Of a stretch of 64,000 bases of DNA, positions 20,279 through 30,670 are shown one piece after another. Every line of letters begins with the position of its first letter. The stretch's first letter is position 1. The stretch lies in contig CAVXLD010000003.1 in the NCBI GenBank assembly GCA_963762565.1, positions 320,001 to 384,000 on the forward strand, written 5' to 3'. The stretch is from an uncultured Verrucomicrobiae bacterium. Lineage in GTDB: Bacteria; Verrucomicrobiota; Verrucomicrobiia; Chthoniobacterales; JAFAMB01. Both the position numbers and the translations under genes were made by a program. Below the pieces are notes generated by a model, which saw nothing but the letters and a program-made list of their open reading frames with translations, was not told the origin of the DNA and ran no database searches.

Positions 20279-20876
20279 AACGAACAGGAATACTTGTTTC
20301 CGCGGAAAGCGAATCATTAACAAGGTTCGTTTAACCAAGACCACGGTGCGGCGGTTGGTAGCAACGCAAAACTCAAAAGGGCTGCAACGAAGTTTACCAA
20401 CTTCAAGACGGGCTGCTCAGCGAGTTAGCAATCGATAACGGCAAAGCTATTTGGCGAAATTCTCTCGCGCGAGTCAGGGTATCACGGCTCATCGGACCGC
20501 TTTCCAAGACGATTTCGAATAGTGAGATGGTGGCGATCGCCGCCACCGCTAGGCCGGAGTTGATCAGCACGGGTGGCGCCTCAGAAACCGAGGCGAAAGG
20601 ACTTCGGCGGGGCCTTGGGCTCCAGCTTTGTACGGCTTGAGATGAAACGATCGCCGATGAAAAGACGCGTTCCCGTTTCTCTGGCACTTGATGTTTCGAA
20701 AATATTTAGGCATCATCCGAGCAAACTTCCCCCCAGCCAGACAAAATTCCCCCCAATTTCCCCCCAAAACTATGATCGCAGCGCTCGCAGTAGCTCCGCC
20801 GGTCCGGCCCGCTTGTCGCTTTCCATCGCTGGTTTTTTACTATGGTCGGTGGAAACCAGTCGATTGCTGAAAGCCC

Positions 20877-22022
20877 ATGCGAATTTTTGTTCCTAAAGAA
20901 GTGTATCCGGGCGAAACGCGAGTTGCGATCGCTCCCGGCGGTGCTGCGAAGCTCAGCAAGCTCGGGGCCGGGGTCGAAGTGGAAAAGGGGCTTGGCGCCG
21001 GCATCAATTGGACAGATGAGGATTACGAAAAAGCCGGTGCTCGCCTGAGCGCGGATCGAATCCAATCTCTCAGAGAGGCCGAGCTGATTCTTCGAGTTCG
21101 GAAACCGCCGATTGAGGAAGTCGATTACTTAAGCCCAACCGCGATTCATGTCAGTCTGCTGGATCCGTTTAACGAGCAGAAACTGGTTTCGCGCCTGGCG
21201 GAGGCGCAGGTTACGGCAATCAGCATGGAAATGATTCCGCGAGTGACGGTTTCTCAGCCGATGGACGTCTTGAGTTCGCAAGCGAATCTGGTCGGCTACG
21301 TAGCCGTGATTTTGGCAGCGGCCGGTATCAATCGCATTCTGCCGATGATGACCACGGCTGCCGGCACGATCAAACCGTTACGGATGTTCGTCATTGGCGT
21401 TGGTGTTGCCGGCTTGCAGGCAATCGCTACGGGGCGCCGTTTAGGAGCGTGGGTAGAAGCCTTCGACACCAGACCGGTGGTTGAAGATCAGGTGAAATCG
21501 TTGGGAGCCAAATTCGTTAAGCTCGATTTGGGCGAGACCGGTGAGACCGCCGGCGGGTATGCAAAACCGTTGACGCCGGAACAGTTGCAAAAACAGCGGG
21601 AGCTCATGGCTGAGCACGTGGCCTTAGCCGATATCGTTGTCACAGCAGCACAGGTCTTTGGGAGAAAAGCGCCGATGATTGTCACTTCGGAAATGGTGCG
21701 CCGAATGCGCCCGGGCAGCGTGGTCGTAGATACAGCGGTCGAGACGGGCGGCAATGTTGAAGGCGCGGTGCGCGATCAGGAAGTGAGCCTGAACGGAGTC
21801 AAGATTATCGGATTTGGCAATCTTGCCGGTCGCGTCTCCGGTCACGCTAGCGAGATGTATTCAAATAACCTCTGCGCTTTTGTGCAGCATTTTTGGAATA
21901 AGGAAAGCAAGACCTTCGGTCTAGATCTCAACAACGAAATCCTTAAGGCCTGCGTCATAACCCACGGCGGTCAGATCGTGAGCGAAACGATTAAAGCCGC
22001 GTATGGCGCAGTGCAGGCCTAG
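20877..22022 (+). CDS. pntAA: NAD(P) transhydrogenase alpha subunit, domain I
   Basis: VPKE...ETRVA, DVLSSQAN, GVGVAGLQA, GGYAK, GGNVE. Confidence 0.95.
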   Translation: MRIFVPKEVYPGETRVAIAPGGAAKLSKLGAGVEVEKGLGAGINWTDEDYEKAGARLSADRIQSLREAELILRVRKPPIEEVDYLSPTAIHVSLLDPFNEQKLVSRLAEAQVTAISMEMIPRVTVSQPMDVLSSQANLVGYVAVILAAAGINRILPMMTTAAGTIKPLRMFVIGVGVAGLQAIATGRRLGAWVEAFDTRPVVEDQVKSLGAKFVKLDLGETGETAGGYAKPLTPEQLQKQRELMAEHVALADIVVTAAQVFGRKAPMIVTSEMVRRMRPGSVVVDTAVETGGNVEGAVRDQEVSLNGVKIIGFGNLAGRVSGHASEMYSNNLCAFVQHFWNKESKTFGLDLNNEILKACVITHGGQIVSETIKAAYGAVQA

Positions 22023-22031
22023 CCGAAGCCA

Positions 22032-22125
22032 AAATAGCAAATAGCAAATAGCAAATAGCAGATAGCAAATGCGGTTGCACCGCTCTCTCACCAATCACCA
22101 ATCACTTCTCACCTCTCACGTCTCA
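22032..22125. repeat. Heteromeric heptamer block (AAATAGC)5 + (TCTCACC/T)n inside the pnt operon
   Basis: Direct inspection; a mirror-type block lies at 52320-52442. Confidence 0.8.
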
Positions 22126-22142
22126 AGTTCCCCCCAGCGAGC

Positions 22143-22454
22143 ATGCAACCTGAAATTCTATTAGCGACATTCTATGTCCTCATTCTAGCCGCATTTCTGG
22201 GCTACCAAGTTATTTCCAGGGTTCCCTCCCTGCTACACACGCCCTTGATGTCTGCCACTAACGCGATCTCCGGTATTTCATTGGTGGGTTCGTTAGTGAC
22301 GGCCGGAGCCCATCAAACATTAGTCAGCGCGATCCTGGGATTATGCGCGGTGATCTGTTCTACCACTAATGTGGTAAGCGGATTCATTCTCACAGATCGC
22401 ATGCTGAAGATGTTTAAACGACGGGTGGCGCCGCCCGTTAAAGAGGAGAAATGA
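22143..22454 (+). CDS. pntAB: NAD(P) transhydrogenase alpha subunit, membrane part
   Basis: LHTPLMSATNAISG, GFILTDRMLKMF. Confidence 0.95.
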   Translation: MQPEILLATFYVLILAAFLGYQVISRVPSLLHTPLMSATNAISGISLVGSLVTAGAHQTLVSAILGLCAVICSTTNVVSGFILTDRMLKMFKRRVAPPVKEEK

Positions 22455-22457
22455 TCA

Positions 22458-23834
22458 GTGGAGCCACGCATCCTTTTCACTGAGCTCAGCTATATCGTCG
22501 CGTCCGTGCTTTTCGTTCTCGGACTGCGCGGTCTCAGCCATCCGGAATCGGCCCGGCGAGGTATGCACCTGGCCGAAGTCGGGATGTTGCTGGCGATTAT
22601 CGGGACTCTGGTAAACCGTGAAATCGTCAGTTACGAGTGGATCCTGGCGGGGTTGGTTATTGGCTGCGCGATTGGGCTGCCGATGGGGTTAATGGTTCCC
22701 ATGACCGCGATGCCGCAACGGACGGCGTTGTCGCACGCTTTTGGCGCTTTGGCTGCTTCTCTGGTAGGTGTTTCCGAGTATTACTTGCACGGTGCCGGTC
22801 TCGGGCCGATCAAGATGCCGGCTCTGAGTTTTGAGGTTTTGCTCGGTTCGTTAACCACAACCGGCAGTCTCATCGCCTGCGCCAAATTACAGGGTGTATT
22901 GCCAGGTGCTCCGCTGACTTACAAGGGACAGAACATCTTTAACCTATCTCTATTGGGGATAACCGTCCTCTGTTTCATCTTGTTACAAGTTTTTCCGGGG
23001 CACGCTGAACTCTTCTATCTGATGTTGCTGCTTTCGTTCGTTTTTGGCGTTTTGCTCGTATTACCGATTGGAGCTGCCGACATGCCGGTTGTGATTGCGC
23101 TGCTCAATTCCTACGCGGGCTTAGCTTCGGCGGCCACGGGGATGGTGATCGGTAACAACGTTTTGATTATCGCGGGTATGCTGGACGGTGGGTCCGGATT
23201 CATTCTTTCCATCGTGATGTGCAAAGCGATGAACCGCTCGATCACGAATGTGTTATTTGGAGCGTTCGGCAGCGTCTCCGAGACGGTGGAGTCGGGCACG
23301 GGCGAGATGCACGCGACCAATATCGAAGATGTAGCCATCCTGTTGGCTTACGCCCGGCAGGCTGTGTTCGTGCCCGGTTACGGTATGGCTACCGCTCAGG
23401 CCCAGCACGTGCTGCGTCAACTCGCCGATGCCTTGGAAAAGCGTGGGGTCACCGTAAAATATGCGATTCATCCGGTAGCTGGACGGATGCCCGGGCACAT
23501 GAATGTTTTGTTGGCGGAAGCAAACGTTCCTTACTCACAGTTGCAGGAGCTGGAAGTGATCAACCCGGAGTTTCCCTCCACGGACGTGGCAATAGTGATC
23601 GGCGCCAATGATGTCGTTAATCCCGATGCGCGGGATAACCCGAAGAGTATCATTGCCGGAATGCCAATTCTAGAAGTCGACCGCGCCAAAACGGTTGTGG
23701 TCTTGAAACGAGGACAAGGGAAGGGGTTCTCCGGACTGGTTAATCCGCTCTTCTTTAAGCCGAACTGCGAGATGCTTTATGGCGATGCCAAGGAGTCGTT
23801 AACCAATCTCGTCCAGGCCGTTCATGTAGCTTAG
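22458..23834 (+). CDS. pntB: NAD(P) transhydrogenase beta subunit
   Basis: IGAADMPVVIALLNSY, PGYGMA, HPVAGRMPGHMNVLLAEA, GANDVVNP. Confidence 0.96.
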   Translation: MEPRILFTELSYIVASVLFVLGLRGLSHPESARRGMHLAEVGMLLAIIGTLVNREIVSYEWILAGLVIGCAIGLPMGLMVPMTAMPQRTALSHAFGALAASLVGVSEYYLHGAGLGPIKMPALSFEVLLGSLTTTGSLIACAKLQGVLPGAPLTYKGQNIFNLSLLGITVLCFILLQVFPGHAELFYLMLLLSFVFGVLLVLPIGAADMPVVIALLNSYAGLASAATGMVIGNNVLIIAGMLDGGSGFILSIVMCKAMNRSITNVLFGAFGSVSETVESGTGEMHATNIEDVAILLAYARQAVFVPGYGMATAQAQHVLRQLADALEKRGVTVKYAIHPVAGRMPGHMNVLLAEANVPYSQLQELEVINPEFPSTDVAIVIGANDVVNPDARDNPKSIIAGMPILEVDRAKTVVVLKRGQGKGFSGLVNPLFFKPNCEMLYGDAKESLTNLVQAVHVA

Positions 23835-23869
23835 TGTCCTGTCGCATGTTACTTATGACAGGACACTAG
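23832..23869. terminator. Collapsed MITE-end hairpin (TAGTGTCCTGTC...GACAGGACACTA), possible bidirectional terminator
   Basis: 12-bp inverted repeat identical to the MITE termini, between convergent genes. Confidence 0.55.
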
Positions 23870-24488
23870 TGCGCAGGCGCACGTTCTGCGGCGCCTGCGT
23901 TAACCGGTACAAGTTTTCGTCCTTCCCTAATTCACGACGCGCAGAACAAAATAGGTAATCGATTGAAAATCCGTCGAAATTTTCGGCGCTACTGAATGAT
24001 CCGCCGGTAGTAACACTGGTCTCGTTGTAGGCGTCGGCATTGATCGGGAGATCATCCGACTCGCCCTGCAGGCTGCCGCCATGGGCCGTAAATTTGTAGG
24101 CATCACCAACCGGAAACGCCGCGGTGAGTGCGGTGTGGGTCTTGTAAAGAGCGATGCCAAAGAATTCTTCCCCTATTCCTTTCAAGGTAAAACTCTTAAC
24201 TGTGGAAACGGTAAACGACGTCGCTGTCGCCCCGGTGATGTCCGCCTGGCCGTAGACGGCGTACTTTTTGATTTCGGTTGGAACTTGGGCGTTCTCAGTC
24301 TGCTTATAGAACACCATTTTGTCTGCCCCCCAATAATAAGCCCCTTGGGCTTCCGCGCGGCCGACAACTAGCATGGCGATCCCGATTAAGACTAAGAGGC
24401 GGCCGATGCCAGGATTCCTCTTGGCCAGGATTCCGGGACAAAACGGCAGCTTAGGGAAAAAAGCATTTTTGCTCTGTATTTGTTTCAT
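23853..24488 (-). CDS. Hypothetical exported protein, possibly C-terminally truncated
   Basis: Hydrophobic signal segment ending AEA-QG; Thr/Gly/Ser-rich body; tail reads into the MITE remnant. Confidence 0.5.
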   Translation of the reverse strand: MKQIQSKNAFFPKLPFCPGILAKRNPGIGRLLVLIGIAMLVVGRAEAQGAYYWGADKMVFYKQTENAQVPTEIKKYAVYGQADITGATATSFTVSTVKSFTLKGIGEEFFGIALYKTHTALTAAFPVGDAYKFTAHGGSLQGESDDLPINADAYNETSVTTGGSFSSAENFDGFSIDYLFCSARRELGKDENLYRLTQAPQNVRLRTSVLS

Positions 24489-24672
24489 GTTCTGAATTCC
24501 CGATCGTCGCGACTCCCCGCCGGGGTGTGCTTCCTTCCCGAGAGCTACCGGACCAACTCATTGCGGTGCTCCTTACAAGAATTAGGGATGACGCAACCGT
24601 AGCGATATACTCGGATTCTTAGAAAAACTGGAATTGTGGCGTGGCCGGCGGTAGGGGAATCCGAGGTGGCGC

Positions 24673-24940
24673 CTGGAGGGGAGCCGCTTTAACGCTTGCC
24701 GCAAGAACTGACGGCATCTTCTCCTGCTACGTGTTTGGACTGGGAAGGGTGAGAGCAGGCGGCTCCCGAGAATTACCCGGCGCTGTGCTTTGACCCAGTG
24801 TCTCTGCAGGATAGGCTAATAGAGCAGCAAAACGCTGGATCGTTCCCGGGAGCCGCCTGTTTCTCACCCGTTTCGGCCAGACATCCTATCGAGCAAATGC
24901 CGTCGGGTCTATAGCCATACGGCAAAGCGGCTCCCCTCCA
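24673..24940. repeat. Four-armed REPIN-like element, copy C
   Basis: Arms as in copy A; interior nearly identical to copy E. Confidence 0.85.
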
Positions 24941-24998
24941 CACGTGAATCGCGCCACATCCTCCTGGCTCCTCTCTCTGTACTCCTTTTAGGCCCACA

Positions 24999-25028
24999 TT
25001 GACAATGCCCCACCTGTTCTATTAGCGT
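24999..25028 (+). promoter_or_regulatory. Putative sigma70 promoter of korAB
   Basis: TTGACA-N18-TAGCGT ending 16 nt before the GTG start. Confidence 0.5.
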
Positions 25029-25044
25029 TCGCAAACCCCACACC

Positions 25045-26856
25045 GTGAGTTCCTCCCCAGTTTTGCCTGAATCGGCTCCTCCGAGTTCCGCAGGACGTGC
25101 CGACCTGCGACCAGAAAATATCCGCGATGCTGTCATCCGTTTGGCTGGCAATTCGCAAGACGGTATCCAGACCGCCGGCGCGTTTCTTGCCCGGCTAGCC
25201 GGGCGAAGCGCTCAAGATGTCATGACCTACATGACCATTCCTTCAACCATTTCGGGTGGCCCTTCGATTTTCCAGGTGCGAATCGGGTCCGGTGAAGTGC
25301 TTTCCGCGGGTGACGAAGCGGATTTTCTCGTAGCTTTTTACCAGCATAGCTACACGGACCACATCGATTTCCTGAAAGAAGGCGGCGTGTTGCTCTACGA
25401 TTCGGATCAAGTTCAGCCAAACCTCGACGATAAACGGTTCGTGTATGTTGGCGTGCCGATCACCGGGCTTACGGTTGAGGCTTTGGGCGGTACCGCCAAA
25501 GATAAAGGGAAGAACATTTTCGTGCTTGGTCTATTGGCCAGCATTTTCCGGCTGAACGCAGACAAGCTGAAGGGGCTGATTCGCGAGCGGTTCGGCGGCA
25601 AGGACGAGAGCGTGGTGAACACCGCGATTACCGCTTTTCAGGCAGGCTACGCCTATCCCGTCAGCAACGTTTTAACTCATCTGTACGAGTTCGAACCGAG
25701 CCCACGAAAAACGGAGCGCGCTCAGGTCACGATGGACGGAAACCAGGCCTTAGCCTACGGCTTGATCGCGGCGGGCGTCCGGTACGGAGCTGGTTACCCA
25801 ATCACACCCTGGTCGTCCATCATGGAAATGCTGCGGTCGGAGCTGCCGAAATATGGCGGCTTGTTTGTTCAGGCCGAAGATGAGTTAGCCGCGGTTTCTC
25901 TGGCTCTGGGATTCTCTTATTCGGGATGGTTAGCGGTAACTGGTAGCGCAGGGCCCGGTATTTCGCTCAAGGCTGAGGCGATCGGTTGGGCCTCAATGGC
26001 CGAGATTCCACTGATCGTAATCAATGTGCAACGGGGCGGGCCCAGTACGGGATTGCCGACGAATGTGGAGCAGAGCGATCTGCATCAAGCGGTTTTTGGA
26101 GGACATGGCGATAGTCCGCGCGTCGTTTTGGCCGCCGCTACCGTTGAAGACTGTTTTTATATCGCGATAGAAGCAGCCCGCATCGCACGTAAATACAGCA
26201 CGCCGGTTTTTATTCTGAGTGACACGTCGCTTGCGACCAGAATCGAGGCATTCGATGAACCGAATTTGTCGGAAGTAATGTTGGATCCGAAGCCGGACCT
26301 GAATCCGCGCTCGCCGGGCGTAAAGCCGTATCCGCTGGATCAGATTACTCAGCATGCGCCGCCCGGTACGCGGATGTTAGACGGAAAATATCCGGTCGTG
26401 ACCGGTCTCGAACACGACGAAATGGGCCACCCGACGGCGTCTGCCCGGCTCCATACCGCGATGACGGCCAAGCGGCGAAAGAAGTACCAACAACTGGCCG
26501 ATGAGTTGCCGCTTCCGCCGGTTCATGGCGATCCCCAAGGCGAAACGCTGTTAGTGGGTTGGGGCTCCACTTATGGTCCGATCTCAGAAGCAGTCAACCA
26601 AGCTCGAGGTCGCGGGGAGAGTCTCTCCTCCTTACATTTAAGACATCTCCATCCACTGCCCAGGGGCTTGGAAGCCATCTTCGACCGTTTCAAACGAATT
26701 GTGGTCGTAGAGATGAATGACCAGGGATTGTACGGCTACGGCCAGCTGGCTGTGCTGCTGAGAGCACGATTCTGTAACCCAAAGATTGAAAGTTTCACCA
26801 AGACCGATGGCTTAACATTCCGAGTTCGCGAAATTTTGGAAGGAGCCCTTAAATGA
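25045..26856 (+). CDS. korA: 2-oxoacid:ferredoxin oxidoreductase alpha subunit (gamma-alpha fusion)
   Basis: LAGNSQDGIQ, GYPITP, QAEDELAA, QRGGPSTGLPT, VVEMN. Confidence 0.92.
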   Translation: MSSSPVLPESAPPSSAGRADLRPENIRDAVIRLAGNSQDGIQTAGAFLARLAGRSAQDVMTYMTIPSTISGGPSIFQVRIGSGEVLSAGDEADFLVAFYQHSYTDHIDFLKEGGVLLYDSDQVQPNLDDKRFVYVGVPITGLTVEALGGTAKDKGKNIFVLGLLASIFRLNADKLKGLIRERFGGKDESVVNTAITAFQAGYAYPVSNVLTHLYEFEPSPRKTERAQVTMDGNQALAYGLIAAGVRYGAGYPITPWSSIMEMLRSELPKYGGLFVQAEDELAAVSLALGFSYSGWLAVTGSAGPGISLKAEAIGWASMAEIPLIVINVQRGGPSTGLPTNVEQSDLHQAVFGGHGDSPRVVLAAATVEDCFYIAIEAARIARKYSTPVFILSDTSLATRIEAFDEPNLSEVMLDPKPDLNPRSPGVKPYPLDQITQHAPPGTRMLDGKYPVVTGLEHDEMGHPTASARLHTAMTAKRRKKYQQLADELPLPPVHGDPQGETLLVGWGSTYGPISEAVNQARGRGESLSSLHLRHLHPLPRGLEAIFDRFKRIVVVEMNDQGLYGYGQLAVLLRARFCNPKIESFTKTDGLTFRVREILEGALK

Positions 26857-27794
26857 ATCCACTTGATGCTGTCCCTCCGGTGGCGCCGGAACGTGAGAAA
26901 CTGACCAAAAAGGCGGTTACCGCCGATCATCCCACCTGGTGTCCGGCCTGCGGCGATTTCGCGGTGCTGGCCTCTTTTTATAAAGTCTTAGAAAAACGCC
27001 AGCTACCTCATGAAAATATCGTGACGCTGGCCGGGATTGGCTGTTCCTCGCGATTCCCGTATTTCGTCAACACACACGGCGCTCACTTTATTCATGGGCG
27101 CTCGGTTCCGCTGGCTTCAGCGATCAGTCTGGCGCGTCCCGAGTTGCACGTCTTTCTGTTTGGCGGCGATGGCGACGGATTTTCGATTGGCGGCAACCAC
27201 TTGGAGCATGGCGCCAGGAAAAATGTCAACCTGACTTATGTCATTATGGACAACTTCGTCTATGGTCTGACAAAGAAACAGACCTCGCCAACATCGCCGA
27301 TCGGATACAAATCAAAAACCGATCCCACCGGGGCGATAGATCATCCGGTTAACCCGATCAAGAAGCTGATTGCCGCCGGCGCCACCTTCGTCGCCCGGAC
27401 TCACGCAACCCAGGTTAATCACATGATTCAAATGATCGAGCGGGCAATGGATCATGACGGCTTTTCCGTAATCGAATGTTTGTCCGAATGTATTGAGTTT
27501 TTCCCGGGGGCATTCGATGCCGGTAATCCGCGCAAAGGGGGCGAGTTCAAAGTGATCGACGAAAAGAAATGGGACGACACTCCGGAAGATGAGCCCCGAC
27601 ACGATGTAACCGACGAAATCGCCGCGTATCGGTTAGCAGACCTGGCGTTCCCCGGTCTTTTTGGGGTGTTCTATGAGATCGATCGTCCGACCAAGAATGC
27701 GCTGGAACAAAAATGGATAGAGTCCACTCGAGCCAAGCTTAATCACGCCAGCGATGTCGAGGTCCTGCAGAAGACGTTTGATCGGATGAAATAG
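26853..27794 (+). CDS. korB: 2-oxoacid:ferredoxin oxidoreductase beta subunit
   Basis: WCPACG, GIGCSS, HGR, GGDGDG...IGGNH, YGLTKKQTSPT. Confidence 0.92.
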   Translation: MNPLDAVPPVAPEREKLTKKAVTADHPTWCPACGDFAVLASFYKVLEKRQLPHENIVTLAGIGCSSRFPYFVNTHGAHFIHGRSVPLASAISLARPELHVFLFGGDGDGFSIGGNHLEHGARKNVNLTYVIMDNFVYGLTKKQTSPTSPIGYKSKTDPTGAIDHPVNPIKKLIAAGATFVARTHATQVNHMIQMIERAMDHDGFSVIECLSECIEFFPGAFDAGNPRKGGEFKVIDEKKWDDTPEDEPRHDVTDEIAAYRLADLAFPGLFGVFYEIDRPTKNALEQKWIESTRAKLNHASDVEVLQKTFDRMK

Positions 27795-27995
27795 GAAAGG
27801 AACAGAAAATCTCAGGCAAAGCCGCCAAGGGAGGACGGTGATTCGGTTGTGGAGCCGGGAAGGGGCACGGGAAAGGAATAGCCGCGAAAAGGCCGCCCGT
27901 CGCTTAAAGCTATGCTTTATTGGTCATGTTGTCTCTATCTCGCCCTGACTTGGTGTATTCCTCATCGCCTTCGAACTGTTTTCGTTTAATCACTT

Positions 27996-29378
27996 ATGAA
28001 CTCCGCCGCCACTCTCCCATCGCACACGCGAGTTTCTCCGAGTCTTATCTCACGACCTGGGTCGAATATTTACCCAGGATACATGTCCGGATTCGGTAAC
28101 GGGTTCGAAACCGAAGCTTTAGAAGGCGCTCTTCCAGTTGGGCGAAATTCGCCACAGCAATGTGCTTATGGTTTGTATGCGGAGCAGATTTCCGGTTCTC
28201 CCTTTACTGCTCCTCGGAAAACCAACGAGCGTTCCTGGTTATATCGGATTCGCCCGACCCTGGCGCATTGGGGTAGGTTCAGCAAAGTCGATAGTAGTTT
28301 TTGGAAGACAGCTCCCTGTGTGGAAGTCGAACTGCCAATTTCGCCGCTGCGCTGGGACCCGATTCCGATTCCGAATGAACCTCTGAATTTTATTACCGGC
28401 ATTCGTACGATGACCACTGCCGGAGATGCCGCGACCCACTCTGGTATGGGCGCGCATCTTTATTTCATCACCCGGTCGATGGACGATGAATATTTCTATA
28501 ACGCTGACGGCGAGATGCTGATTGTCCCACAGGAAGGAAAGCTCCGTTTTGCCACAGAGTTCGGCATCATTGACATCGAACCCGGTGAGATCGCCGTAAT
28601 CCCCCGGGGAGTTAAGATCCGAGTTGAGCTATTTGAGACCACTGCGCGCGGCTATCTGTGCGAGAATTATGGAGGCGCTTTCGCGCTTCCGGAACGCGGC
28701 CCGATTGGAGCCAATTGTCTGGCAAACCAACGGGATTTCCTGACCCCGATCGCTGCCTACGAAGATCGCGACGCGGATTCAAAGCTATTTGTCAAATGGG
28801 GTGGTTCGGTTTGGATGACTGAGATCAATCATTCACCTTTGGATGTCATCGCATGGCACGGAAACTATGCCCCGTATAAATATGATCTTCGCAAATATTC
28901 GCCGGTGGGTCCGATTTTGTTCGATCACGCCGATCCTTCCATTTTCACGGTACTAGCTTCGCCGTCGGAAACGCCGGGTACTGCCAACATCGATTTTGTG
29001 ATCTTTCCGGATCGCTGGTTAGTTACGGAAAATACGTTCCGACCGCCTTGGTACCACATGAATGTGATGAGTGAATTCATGGGCTTGATCTACGGGGTCT
29101 ATGACGCAAAAACCGGGGGTGGCTTTACTCCGGGCGGTATTAGCCTGCATAACATGATGTTGCCCCATGGTCCAGATGTCGACACATTCGAAAAGGCCTC
29201 CAATATCAAACTAGAACCGCGGCGATTAGAAAATACTTTAGCCTTCATGTTCGAGTCGCGATTTCCCCAGAGGGTGAGCTCATACGCGGCTAACTGCGGC
29301 GCCTTACAAGATGGCTACACGTTATACGGCAGAAAACTGAATAAACATTTTCATCTCAAAGGGTCCGAAGATCGCTAA
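27996..29378 (+). CDS. hmgA: Homogentisate 1,2-dioxygenase
   Basis: [49 protein letters not shown]. Confidence 0.96.
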   Translation: MNSAATLPSHTRVSPSLISRPGSNIYPGYMSGFGNGFETEALEGALPVGRNSPQQCAYGLYAEQISGSPFTAPRKTNERSWLYRIRPTLAHWGRFSKVDSSFWKTAPCVEVELPISPLRWDPIPIPNEPLNFITGIRTMTTAGDAATHSGMGAHLYFITRSMDDEYFYNADGEMLIVPQEGKLRFATEFGIIDIEPGEIAVIPRGVKIRVELFETTARGYLCENYGGAFALPERGPIGANCLANQRDFLTPIAAYEDRDADSKLFVKWGGSVWMTEINHSPLDVIAWHGNYAPYKYDLRKYSPVGPILFDHADPSIFTVLASPSETPGTANIDFVIFPDRWLVTENTFRPPWYHMNVMSEFMGLIYGVYDAKTGGGFTPGGISLHNMMLPHGPDVDTFEKASNIKLEPRRLENTLAFMFESRFPQRVSSYAANCGALQDGYTLYGRKLNKHFHLKGSEDR

Positions 29379-29382
29379 GCAT

Positions 29383-29678
29383 CTAGTGTGCTGTCCCATA
29401 AATAACATGGCTTTCGCCGTCGGCCAGTTGGCTGTTTTTCAAGGCGCGAGCGAAGCGCCCATATCTGGTTCATACGGGTCGAGCGAGCAACGCGGAAAAA
29501 CAGCCAACTGGCCACGGCCCGGAGGGTTGCGATGAAAATGGGCCGGCGGCTGCGTTGCTCGTCGGTTACGTATCGATCAAGATATGCGCCCTCTACCGCC
29601 AGTCCGGCTCGGACCGCCTTGCCGGCGGCCCATTTTGATCGCAACGAAAGCCATGTTATTTATGGGACAGCACACTAG
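29383..29678. mobile_element. MITE-like element, second copy (inverted relative to 4843-5121)
   Basis: TIR TGTGCTGTCCCATAAATAACATGGCTTTCG, CTAG at both ends, interior homologous to copy 1. Confidence 0.85.
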
Positions 29679-29828
29679 ATTGAGTCTACGGGCGACAAGC
29701 TGGCTGAATTCCGGATTCCGAACAGCACGCATGTTATCGACATCTTCTAATGCCAAGACGTCCACATTCTTTGGCAGCGCGTGAGATGAAAGCTTGAATC
29801 TGGGAACCGATAAACGCGATAAGCAATC

Positions 29829-30347
29829 ATGAACAGGTACGCGGCAATAGCGGTTGGTGTGAGTCTGTGGGTGTCGGCGCCCTGGCAACGGGGTCTAGCG
29901 GAAGACAGCGGGATTTCTGTCCCTGACCACACGCGGATTGTGACCGCGTTGCAGGCGGAGGGAGTTCAAATCTATGAGGCAAAAGCTCAGGCAAATGGGA
30001 GTTTGGGTTGGAGCCTGGTTGGGCCGGACGCGAAATTAGAAACACTGGACGGCCAACTGGTCGGCCTGCATTCGGTGGGACCTCGCTGGAAGGCGAACGA
30101 TGGGAGCGAAGTGAAGGCAATTAAGCCGCCGTTACAGAATTGGAAATCACCGGACCCAAAGAGCGCCGCGTGGCTGCTTTTGGAAGTGAGTTCTGAAGGT
30201 AATGGCCTCTTTTCCGGGGTGCAATACGTAGCGCGGGTTTCAACGATCGGAGGAGCTGCGCCGAGCGAGACTCCGACTCAAGCCGATGAGAAGAAGAGTG
30301 TTCCGTATCGGGCTATTTATTTGTTTTTGGCTCCGGCGGGGAAATAG
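29829..30347 (+). CDS. DUF3455-like exported protein
   Basis: Signal peptide; GVQIY, GPRW...DGS, WLLL, RVSTIGG, VPYRAIYLF. Confidence 0.8.
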   Translation: MNRYAAIAVGVSLWVSAPWQRGLAEDSGISVPDHTRIVTALQAEGVQIYEAKAQANGSLGWSLVGPDAKLETLDGQLVGLHSVGPRWKANDGSEVKAIKPPLQNWKSPDPKSAAWLLLEVSSEGNGLFSGVQYVARVSTIGGAAPSETPTQADEKKSVPYRAIYLFLAPAGK

Positions 30348-30364
30348 AGAGAAAACGGAGAAGA

Positions 30365-30661
30365 AATAGCCGCAAAAAGGCGCAAAAAGCGCAAAAAAAG
30401 AGAAGGCTTAGGGGACCTCGTGGAGCGTGCCTCGCTTGCGAGGCCGTGGTGAGCAAGGGGAATCATGATGCCACCCCATTTTGGTCTGGCTCTATGTCGT
30501 GCATAACCGGCTCTTCACACACGAAAGAGCGCACTTAGACGAGGCGATCGGCTCAGCGCTTTGTTCCCCTGCTTACCACGGCCTCGCAAGCGAGGCACGC
30601 TCCACGGGAGCCTATCCTCGCCCAACCTTTTTTGCGCCTTTTGTGCCTTTTTGCGGCTATT
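30365..30661. repeat. GCCTCGCAAGCGAGGC-family REPIN (30419-30606) nested inside inverted nonamer arms (GCGCAAAAA/TTTTTGCGC)
   Basis: Outer arms at about 30365-30398 and 30627-30661. Confidence 0.8.
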
Positions 30662-30670
30662 CCCTTCCTC

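Noticed and set aside
20230..20690. Possible decayed rhodanese/TrhO-like remnant (NEVYQLQDGLL) or the 94-aa minus-strand ORF
   Set aside because: Similarity is a few residues only, with stops and no clear start; cannot be supported without a search
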